Source of the DNA: Patescibacteria group bacterium
Lineage (GTDB): Bacteria; Patescibacteriota; Patescibacteriia; Patescibacteriales; WJLG01
DNA length: 64,000 bases
Assembly: GCA_028707065.1 (NCBI GenBank)
Contig: JAQTUZ010000001.1
Location: 98,737 to 162,736, forward strand
Direction: 5' to 3'
Positions 33,841 through 41,395 of this stretch are shown here, one piece after another; position 1 is the first letter of the stretch; each line of letters starts with the position of its first letter. The position numbers and the translations under genes are program-made. The notes under the pieces are model-generated. The model worked only from the letters and a program-made list of their open reading frames with translations, did not search any database and had not been told where the DNA came from.

Positions 33841-34527
33841 ATGAAAAAAAATAAATTATTAATTATCGGCGGAGCAGTAATTTTGCTGATAGTTTTGGCG
33901 ATTATTATTATTTTGGTCAGCAAGACGCCGAAAACTAATTTGCCGCCGCCGGTGGTTGTGCCGCAAGAGCGGTTATTCGAAGAAGCCTACACTATTCCAA
34001 GTACGCAGGAAATTTTTAAGACCGATGCCAACTCAGTCGCCAGCGGACCGGTTAACGTGCCGCTTAGCGCCGCTATCGGCGGGGAGAAGACAGCAGTCCC
34101 CGGCGCGATTTTAACAATCAAGGGCGCGTATGATCTGGCCGCCGGCGAAGCGAAAAAATGGGACAGCGCCGCGAAATTGTCTTTTATCAAATCTTTCGGG
34201 GCGATAACGCTGGAGGGCAGATCAAGCCAGTGGCAGGCGGTTTTTTCCGCTGAAGAAAAAGCCGGGAAAGCTTACGAGATAATTATTCAGAAAGATAAAA
34301 TCGTTTCGCAAAAAGAAATTGTTTCGTCATCAGACGCGGCCGGAATTGATTTGCCTGCCGGATGGCCGGATTCGGGGGAATTTATCAGGCAGCTGCAAAA
34401 TAATCCGAATTTTTCCCAGGCGACGATCAACAGTTTCCTTTTAGCCAGCACGCCCGAATCTGATGACGCCAAGTGGTGGTTTTCTTTGGGCACATCTCAG
34501 GGCGTGGTGACTTTTGAAGTGAAATAA
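33841..34527 (+). CDS. membrane-anchored hypothetical protein
   Basis: MKKNKLLIIGGAVILLIVLAIIIILV anchor; start moved to ATG 33841, after the giant gene's stop. Confidence 0.6.
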   Translation: MKKNKLLIIGGAVILLIVLAIIIILVSKTPKTNLPPPVVVPQERLFEEAYTIPSTQEIFKTDANSVASGPVNVPLSAAIGGEKTAVPGAILTIKGAYDLAAGEAKKWDSAAKLSFIKSFGAITLEGRSSQWQAVFSAEEKAGKAYEIIIQKDKIVSQKEIVSSSDAAGIDLPAGWPDSGEFIRQLQNNPNFSQATINSFLLASTPESDDAKWWFSLGTSQGVVTFEVK

Positions 34528-34557
34528 AAAGTTAAATAAAGACGGGCAAATTTTTAT

Positions 34558-35823
34558 ATGGCTCTGGTAAATAAAACTATTTTTGTCTTAGCATTTTTAG
34601 CGTTGTTTTTTTCGGCACGGCAAGTTTTGGCGGCCGATAATATCAAGACAACGGAATTTTATATTTATGATTCGGCTCTGCCGGTCAGTTCGGCGGTCAG
34701 CCAGGATTTTTCCGTCTATATCGGCGATAATATCGGCGCGGTAACCGATCCGATCAAATCCGCTTACTTCAAGATTTCCGGAACTTATACCGGCGGCGGC
34801 ACGCTTGATTTGAAGATTAATTCCGGGAATTCCAAAATTTATAACTTGCCAACGGTCGGCAGCCCGACTTATTTCGAATTGCTTTATGCCGATACTTCCT
34901 CGGTCATTGATCCTTCCAGCGCGGGAAATTATAGTTATAATTTCAGCCTGACTCCTGATAGCGTCACTATTTACGGCCTGGGAGTGAAACTGGATCTGAC
35001 TTACCAATATCAGCCGGCCTTTTGTCCGGACGGCTCGAGCCAAAAAGTTAAGACCACGGAATTTTACGTTTACGACTCTGATTCAGTTATCAATCCCGAC
35101 TCTAACATAAGCCAGGATTTCCCCGTTTATATCGGCGATAATATCGGCGCGGTAACCGATCCGATCAAGTCCGCTTACTTCAAAGTTTCCGGAACTTATA
35201 CCGGCGGCGGAAGCATAAATTTCACTCTTAATTCGGGCAATTCCCAGATTTACAATTTGCCGTCAGCGGTCAGCCCGACGTATTTTGAATTGCTTTACGC
35301 TGACACTTCGGCGATGATCGCTCCTGGCTCGGCGGGAACTTATTATTTTAATCTGGGCATCAACCCGACCGGCGTGACGATCTATGGCGCGGGAGCGGCG
35401 CTGGACCTGACTTATCAATATGCTCCGCCTTCTTGCGCTGGCTTGCCGCCGACCGGAGAATTGACTTCAGCTATTTTCGATACGATTCAAACCGCGGCGT
35501 ATAATTCGATTATGTGGCAAGGGACGTTCAACGGCGGCAATGGCCGGGTGCGCTTCAAGTTGGCGACTTCCAACAGTTCGAGCGGGCCGTGGAATCCGGA
35601 GAATTTTTTCGGCAGTTCAGACAATGGCGTAACCTGCGACAATGTCTCTTGGTATGATCCGGGCGCGCCAGAAACGCCGATCGAAATAACTTGCGCTCCG
35701 GCCAATCATAATAATCAGCGTTATTTCCGCTATAAAGTCCAGCTTTGTTCCTATAGTAATTGCACGGATTCGGGGAGTGCCAGCCCGGAAGTAAATAAAG
35801 TTATCGTTAATTGGAGCCCATGA
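34558..35823 (+). CDS. secreted protein with a tandem 135-aa repeat
   Basis: Signal peptide; two repeats starting TTEFY(I/V)YDS and ending LDLTYQY.P. Confidence 0.7.
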   Translation: MALVNKTIFVLAFLALFFSARQVLAADNIKTTEFYIYDSALPVSSAVSQDFSVYIGDNIGAVTDPIKSAYFKISGTYTGGGTLDLKINSGNSKIYNLPTVGSPTYFELLYADTSSVIDPSSAGNYSYNFSLTPDSVTIYGLGVKLDLTYQYQPAFCPDGSSQKVKTTEFYVYDSDSVINPDSNISQDFPVYIGDNIGAVTDPIKSAYFKVSGTYTGGGSINFTLNSGNSQIYNLPSAVSPTYFELLYADTSAMIAPGSAGTYYFNLGINPTGVTIYGAGAALDLTYQYAPPSCAGLPPTGELTSAIFDTIQTAAYNSIMWQGTFNGGNGRVRFKLATSNSSSGPWNPENFFGSSDNGVTCDNVSWYDPGAPETPIEITCAPANHNNQRYFRYKVQLCSYSNCTDSGSASPEVNKVIVNWSP

Positions 35824-35888
35824 CCTATGATCAAAATGAATGGTATCAACCGCAGGGCAAGCCCTGCACCCATCTTTTCCAAAAGGTG

Positions 35889-35917
35889 TCCCCGCCGCAA
35901 GCGGACGGGGTATTTTT
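35889..35917 (+). terminator. rho-independent terminator (first of two tandem hairpin units)
   Basis: CCCCGCCGCaaGCGGaCGGGG followed by TATTTTTT; second unit ATCTCCCCCGCaaaatGCGGGGGGAT at 35938-35963. Confidence 0.6.
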
Positions 35918-35979
35918 TCTGCGCTCGCTCGGAAATAATCTCCCCCGCAAAATGCGGGGGGATTATTTCTCTCGCTCGC

Positions 35980-36480
35980 TTGAAAATAAATAGCAAAGGC
36001 TTTTCGCTAATGGAAATTTTAATTTATATCACCGTGATCGCGATCGTGACCGCGGCGATCGGCGGAGTTTTTTTGTCAGTCGCCGGCGGGCAGGCCCGGG
36101 CTGACGCGGCCGCCGAGGTAAACTCCAACGTCAGTTTTGCGCTGGACATGATTAATCAGGATATTTTAGCGGCTAGCGCGGTTACGACGCCGGCGGCGGC
36201 TACTTTGGCGGTAACCGTTGGCGCCACTTCAATTACCTATTGCGTGGTTAGCGGTCAAATATTCCGCTCGGCCGGCGGAATCTGCAATGGCAGCGCTGAG
36301 CCGATTACCGCTGCCGCGGTGGCGGTAAAAAATCTGACTTTCACGAGGCTGGAAAATACCAATACTGTTCTGCCCAAAACGATCGTCAGCATCCAAACCG
36401 TTCTGACCATCGGCTATAACGGCGCTAATCCGGATTACCAATATTCTTTAACTAAGCAAACGAGTTCTTCATTGCGATGA
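35980..36480 (+). CDS. pilin-like protein, proposed TTG start
   Basis: The TTG start gives leader MKINSKG then FSLMEILIYITVIAIV (Glu +5); the ATG at 35827 would read through two terminator hairpins. Confidence 0.6.
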   Translation: MKINSKGFSLMEILIYITVIAIVTAAIGGVFLSVAGGQARADAAAEVNSNVSFALDMINQDILAASAVTTPAAATLAVTVGATSITYCVVSGQIFRSAGGICNGSAEPITAAAVAVKNLTFTRLENTNTVLPKTIVSIQTVLTIGYNGANPDYQYSLTKQTSSSLR

Positions 36481-36926
36481 AATTTTTTCAAACAACCGGC
36501 GGTTTCGCGACCATCCCGACGATTCTGGCGCTAAGCGCGCTGATCCTTGTCGCGGCAGTCGGGATCGCCGCCGCCACTTATACGCAAACCACGACTAACG
36601 CGGCAGTAGAGCAATCTGCCGCGGCGTTAAGTTATGCCGAAGCGGGCGCCAAGGATGCTTTAATGCGGATTGCCCGCGATAAAAATTATGCTTGCGCGTC
36701 TGTTGATTGCTACACGCTGGATATGGCGCCTAACGGCTGTCTGACAGGCGCAGGTTGCGCGAAGATTTCCGTGAGCGCTGATGCGGGAACAACGGAATAT
36801 CCTAAGATCATTGCGGCCAAGGGAATCGTGCAAAATAAAACCCGAACGCTTGAGGTTCAGGTAACTTATGACTTGGCAGGCTATGGCGAAATAAATAGCG
36901 CCACCTGGTCGGAATTGACTAACTAA
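36477..36926 (+). CDS. PilX-like minor pilin / hypothetical secreted protein
   Basis: N-terminal GGFATIPTILALSALILVAAV hydrophobic helix; 4-nt overlap with the upstream pilin gene. Confidence 0.5.
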   Translation: MKFFQTTGGFATIPTILALSALILVAAVGIAAATYTQTTTNAAVEQSAAALSYAEAGAKDALMRIARDKNYACASVDCYTLDMAPNGCLTGAGCAKISVSADAGTTEYPKIIAAKGIVQNKTRTLEVQVTYDLAGYGEINSATWSELTN

Positions 36927-37045
36927 ATTTGAACCAAATAAAAAAGCCCCGCACCATTTTTTACGAAATGATCAAGAATTTTTTTTAAAACAAATTCCAG
37001 TTGTTTTAAATTAACTCTTAAAAATTCATGAAAAATGGTGCGGGG

Positions 37046-37687
37046 TTATTTTTTTCCGATCAGGATCGAAACGTCATAGTCGGTATTATCCGGTAAATCG
37101 CTTCCCATTTGCACAGTGTATTTTTCCGAAATAATTTTTTTGATCAGAGCGATATAATTTTGAAGTTGGGCGCCGGTTGTTTTAAATTGAACGATTGTTT
37201 CTTTTAAGACAAGCTGGTGGCTGTCGATTTTCGTGCTGGTAAAACCCGCTTGGTTCAAACTATCTTGCAAGGTTTCTCCGGATTGGTTTTTCCCCGGGCC
37301 ATTGAATATTTTAATAGTAATGGCGGCTTTGGCAGCGGCTATTTGCGGGGTATCATTGTTTTTGGCCGGAGAACTTGTCGCGGCAGTTGAGCTGGAAATA
37401 TTCACGGCGCTTGGCACGGCGGGCGTTTCCAGGGAGTTCGGCGCGGGAAGCTCGGGCCAGCCGAATCTTTTTCTGATCAATTCGTAATTGGCCGCGTCAA
37501 AGCGGGGAACTTCATTTTTCAAGGAGGCGGTATTTTCGGAAAAAACTTTATTGATGCTGGTGGATAAAAAGACTAAAGTTTTAACGAATAAGATCAGAAC
37601 GATGGCGGCAAAAATCAAGGTGATCGCGGGATAGATCATCTTGGTCAGCGGTAATCTCTTTAAAGAATTATTGGGTTTGGCGGGCAT
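37046..37687 (-). CDS. membrane-anchored LytR_C domain protein
   Basis: C-terminal ITIKIFNGPGKNQSGETL...DVSILIGKK fits the LytR C-terminal domain; start uncertain (37687 or 37639). Confidence 0.55.
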   Translation of the reverse strand: MPAKPNNSLKRLPLTKMIYPAITLIFAAIVLILFVKTLVFLSTSINKVFSENTASLKNEVPRFDAANYELIRKRFGWPELPAPNSLETPAVPSAVNISSSTAATSSPAKNNDTPQIAAAKAAITIKIFNGPGKNQSGETLQDSLNQAGFTSTKIDSHQLVLKETIVQFKTTGAQLQNYIALIKKIISEKYTVQMGSDLPDNTDYDVSILIGKK

Positions 37688-38234
37688 AAAGCGTGCCGTT
37701 AATAGTAATGGAAGAATTGCCATTCCAGCCGTTGGGAGGAGGGGCGAGCAGATTGATCGAACCGATCGCGGTCGCGAAAGGAAGTTTTTCTATTTGTTTA
37801 AGATAGGCCGACAGCGTATTTATCGTTCCATTTAAATTTATCGTGTAATCGGTTTTGACCACCGAGATCCCGCCGGCGTCCGTCGTCGGCGTAAAATTGC
37901 CGAATCTTAAATTCTGTTGCAGGGAATTCTGCTTGGCGATGCTTTCCAGAGCGCTGACAAAAGCGAGGATATTATCAGCGGGGGGATAAACATCGCGTAT
38001 TTTCTGATCATTGTCCCCGAGCAAAGTGAGAGAATTTTTCAATTGCTGGATATTTTCGATCCTCAGGGTCAATGTCCGGGATAATTTCTCTTTTTGGGAT
38101 AAGGAATCGCTTATTTTATTGATCGCTTTGCCGGTGAAAAAGTTGATGGTAACAGCTAAAATTATCGCCAATAAAGCGATGGTTGAATAGCGGGCAAGGA
38201 TCATTAAGACTTGTTTTCTGTTATTGAACCACAT
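37668..38234 (-). CDS. PilO-like pilus assembly protein
   Basis: 188 aa; N-terminal TM, then coiled coil, then beta-rich domain, immediately downstream of pilM/N. Confidence 0.45.
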   Translation of the reverse strand: MWFNNRKQVLMILARYSTIALLAIILAVTINFFTGKAINKISDSLSQKEKLSRTLTLRIENIQQLKNSLTLLGDNDQKIRDVYPPADNILAFVSALESIAKQNSLQQNLRFGNFTPTTDAGGISVVKTDYTINLNGTINTLSAYLKQIEKLPFATAIGSINLLAPPPNGWNGNSSITINGTLYARQTQ

Positions 38235-38240
38235 AACTTG

Positions 38241-38280
38241 GATAGATCCCTCACCCGCCGGGGCGGGCTCGGGATGAAAA
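38241..38280 (-). repeat. family C hairpin (ATCCC/GGGAT variant)
   Basis: Reverse complement TTTTCATCCCGAGCCCGCCCCGGCGGGTGAGGGATCTATC. Confidence 0.7.
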
Positions 38281-38305
38281 TATCGGGTAATTACCCGATA
38301 TTTTC
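38276..38305. repeat. perfect 30-nt palindrome overlapping the pilM/N stop codon
   Basis: GAAAATATCGGGTAA|TTACCCGATATTTTC. Confidence 0.85.
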
Positions 38306-39722
38306 ATTTAAAATAGACCGTTTGAGGATCTTTCAGCTTGAAAGAAATGCTGAAAGGAATATCTTCTCGCTGCTCTAAGTTGGTCAGCGGTAAATTTATT
38401 TCGGCTAGCAAGGAGGAAGATTTTGATTTGTCCCGAAGTTGGTTAAGGGTGGTGCGGTTTTCGGCTATGCCGCTTAAGGTGATCGTTCCTTCGGCGGAAG
38501 GCAAGCTTAAGCCGCTGACAATGATGCCGCCCGTGACTAATCTTTGCAATTCCGCGATGACGATCGACCATTGCGGCGAGTTGGACATGATTTTCGCCGT
38601 GTCGGCGATGAGCGTGTTGGCGGTTTGCACTTTCTGTTCAACTTTGGCCAAATCGGGGACGGAAGGCAGACTGCTTAGATCATCGGTTTTTTCGGCGGTC
38701 TGCTGCTGCAGAGTGACCATTAACAGCCATACCCCCAGAAAAGAGGCGATAAAAAAAATAGCTAAGCCGACGATCAGCTTGGTGATGATCGAAGAGAAAT
38801 TCACCGCCTTGTGGTATTTATAAGCCTTTTGCGCGCTGATCGGGGATAAGCTGACAAAATCATCCTCGGCGCGCGGAATGATCCCGCGGACCGCCGCTCC
38901 CAAAGCGACCAGCCAAGCGCCGGTATTTAATTCGGGGAAATCTATTTTTCTATCGATTGCCGGCATGTCTTCGCTAAGGTTGATGATCCGGGAAATTTTT
39001 TCATTAGCGGCGGATTCATAAAAATTGCTGATCTTTTCCGCTTCTTTCTTCAGCTTTTTTTCCGGGAAATCCGGCCCCAGGGTGCGGGAGAAGCGGATGA
39101 CATTATTTTTGATGATGAAAAAATTATGGCTGCTTTGATTGGCGATCTTTAATAAGATCGCTTGGTCTTTTTCCTCGGCCGCGGCTCGCGTGAAGCTCTC
39201 GGCCGGAAATTCCAGGGCGATCAGATGGAAGGTCTGGCGGAGGCATTCCAGATAAGGATCGATGATTTTTTTGGGAGCCTCGGCGATGAATACTTCCCGC
39301 GACCCGTTTCCGGGAAATATTTCCCAAGAGCAATAAGCGTCGTCCGGTTTGAGCGGCAGCTGGAAATTAACGGCCAGCTTGATGGCCTCTTCTAATTTTG
39401 GCCCTTCGATATTTTTAGGGAAAGACAGGACCTTCACGTAGATCTTGTCGGCCGGAATGCTGGCGACCGCGTAATCGACCGGTATCCTAAGTTCTTTTTT
39501 GAATTCCAAAAGCGCTTGGCAAAGATCAGCCGGGTTTTTTATTTCCCCATTGATGATGATGCCGGCGGCCAAAGGGTGTTCGGAATATTCCCGGGCGGCG
39601 ATCAAGCCGGTTTTTTTGTTCAAGCTTAATAAAACCAGCCGGAGGCAAGAATCAGAGATCTCCAGGCCGGCAATCGGCTCTTCAGGAACCAGGATTTTTT
39701 TAAAAAATGATAGAATCCTCAT
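38304..39722 (-). CDS. fused PilM-like (actin-like ATPase fold) and PilN-like pilus assembly protein
   Basis: 472 aa; N-terminal PilM-like region, TM helix near residue 320, then PilN-like periplasmic part. Confidence 0.6.
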   Translation of the reverse strand: MRILSFFKKILVPEEPIAGLEISDSCLRLVLLSLNKKTGLIAAREYSEHPLAAGIIINGEIKNPADLCQALLEFKKELRIPVDYAVASIPADKIYVKVLSFPKNIEGPKLEEAIKLAVNFQLPLKPDDAYCSWEIFPGNGSREVFIAEAPKKIIDPYLECLRQTFHLIALEFPAESFTRAAAEEKDQAILLKIANQSSHNFFIIKNNVIRFSRTLGPDFPEKKLKKEAEKISNFYESAANEKISRIINLSEDMPAIDRKIDFPELNTGAWLVALGAAVRGIIPRAEDDFVSLSPISAQKAYKYHKAVNFSSIITKLIVGLAIFFIASFLGVWLLMVTLQQQTAEKTDDLSSLPSVPDLAKVEQKVQTANTLIADTAKIMSNSPQWSIVIAELQRLVTGGIIVSGLSLPSAEGTITLSGIAENRTTLNQLRDKSKSSSLLAEINLPLTNLEQREDIPFSISFKLKDPQTVYFK

Positions 39723-39852
39723 TTGTTTCGGTAAAATTTTCTCCGCCGTAAAATAGCATCCGTAACCGCGGATTATTATCCATTATAACATAATAAGTGC
39801 AAAAGTTCTAACTCGTTTTTTTATTGCCGCAACTGGTGTATAATTTAAAAAT

Positions 39853-40668
39853 ATGAATAATAAAGTTAAAATAGCGTGGTTTGGTTTGCATCTTGGCGAA
39901 GAGCCGCCGCTGGTTGGGGCCAAGGGTGCCGGTACCGTATTTTTTTCCGGCTGTAATTTGCATTGCGTTTTTTGCCAGAATTGGCAGATTAGTCAGGAGA
40001 ATTTAGGCAAGGAATATTCGGTGGCAGAGTTGGCGCGAATAATGCTGGATTTGCAAAAGCAAGGCGCGGCGAATATTGACCTGGTAACGCCAACGCCCTG
40101 GCGGAGAGAAATAAAGCAGGCGATCATTTTGGCTAAAAAGGATGGTTTGCGAATTCCGATCGCCTGGAATTCCAACGCCTATGAATCAGCCGCGGCAATT
40201 AAAGATTTGGCCGGCTTGATCGATATCTATCTGCCGGATTTTAAATATGGCGACGACTTCGCGGCCGCGAAATATTCGCGTGCCTTAAGCTATGCGGAAG
40301 TGGCGGAAAAAGCGATCCGCGAAATGTATCGCCAAGTCGGTTTATTAAAAGTTGATAAAAACGGCTTGGCTGAAAAAGGTTTGATCATCCGCCATCTGAT
40401 CCTGCCGGATAATCTGCCCAACACTTTTTCCGTTTTGGAAAAGATTGCTCTGATCGACAAGAATATCCATTTAAGCCTGATGAGCCAGTTTTATCCGGTT
40501 TATCGCGCGAAAGATTTTCCCGAATTGAATCGGCAAGTCTCGCGAGAAGAAATTGAGGCGGCGGAAAAGAAAAAATTCGAGCTTGGTTTGGAGAACGGCT
40601 GGACGCAAGAACCGGATTCGAGTGAAATATTTTTACCGGATTTTACCAAGCTAAATCCTTTTGTTTAA
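39853..40668 (+). CDS. radical SAM protein, PflX / pyruvate formate-lyase activating enzyme-like
   Basis: CNLHCVFCQNWQIS is a CxxxCxxC cluster motif of this family. Confidence 0.8.
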   Translation: MNNKVKIAWFGLHLGEEPPLVGAKGAGTVFFSGCNLHCVFCQNWQISQENLGKEYSVAELARIMLDLQKQGAANIDLVTPTPWRREIKQAIILAKKDGLRIPIAWNSNAYESAAAIKDLAGLIDIYLPDFKYGDDFAAAKYSRALSYAEVAEKAIREMYRQVGLLKVDKNGLAEKGLIIRHLILPDNLPNTFSVLEKIALIDKNIHLSLMSQFYPVYRAKDFPELNRQVSREEIEAAEKKKFELGLENGWTQEPDSSEIFLPDFTKLNPFV

Positions 40669-40802
40669 TTTCTTTCTGGCCATGGCAGAGTCTCCCTCCG
40701 CCAGTCGGTGTATCGGGGACTCTGCCTGAATTGGCCGGATTCAGCCTCGCCGCAGTCTTCCCTCGGCAAACTCGGGACAAGCCGCCGCGGGACTGCGGCG
40801 TA
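40669..40802 (+). other. GC-rich structured intergenic block (two homologous long hairpins plus a small one)
   Basis: GGCAGAGTC...GACTCTGCC, TGAATtggccggATTCA, GCCGCAGTC...GACTGCGGC. Confidence 0.5.
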
Positions 40803-40813
40803 ATTGTGTCAAT

Positions 40814-41281
40814 ATGAAAAATATAAACAGAATTTTGATTATTCTTTTAAACCTGATGATTATTTCCGGCGGCCTGGCTTATTTGTTTTTATATTTTCAT
40901 CAAATCGGCACGGCGGATGTTTTTTTCGCCGATCACCCGAATTTTATCATTCACGCCGAATTGGCCCAGGCTCCGGCCGAATTGGAGCGCGGCTTAATGT
41001 TCAGAAAATCATTGCCGGCCGATTCGGGCATGCTGTTTATTTTTCCCCAAGAAGCGCCTCAATCTTTTTGGATGAAAAATACTCTGATTCCGCTTGATAT
41101 GATTTTCATCTCCGCCGACGACAAGATCGTCGATATTAAAAATGATTTTTCACCCTGCACCGCCGACCCTTGCCCGGTTTATCAATCGGTTGCTCCAGCC
41201 AAATATGTTTTGGAAGTTAATGCCGGGATTGTTCAAAAAGGAAGAATCATTATTGGCGAAAAGATTGTGATTGAAAAATGA
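40814..41281 (+). CDS. DUF192 family protein
   Basis: GLMFRKSLPADSGMLFIF...FWMKNTLIPLDMIFI is typical of DUF192. Confidence 0.8.
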   Translation: MKNINRILIILLNLMIISGGLAYLFLYFHQIGTADVFFADHPNFIIHAELAQAPAELERGLMFRKSLPADSGMLFIFPQEAPQSFWMKNTLIPLDMIFISADDKIVDIKNDFSPCTADPCPVYQSVAPAKYVLEVNAGIVQKGRIIIGEKIVIEK

Positions 41282-41395
41282 GCCAAATTTTTGTCCGGTT
41301 GACTTTGATGGGGCAATAAGCTAAATTAGTATGATTGGATTTGTACATTTTTTAACGTCAGATAAGGCTACAATCACTTTAACGAAAGGGGCGAT

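Noticed and set aside
35827-35979. ATG start at 35827 for the pilin-like gene
   Set aside because: It would translate through two terminator-like hairpins and put 58 residues in front of the G|FSLME cleavage site. The TTG at 35980 gives a normal 7-residue prepilin leader.
40669-40802. SRP RNA, 6S RNA or a riboswitch in the GC-rich spacer
   Set aside because: I could not find the conserved SRP domain IV motif (GGAAGCAGCC-like), nor any riboswitch core I know. It looks more like a tandem pair of repeat hairpins. It is left as an unexplained structured block.
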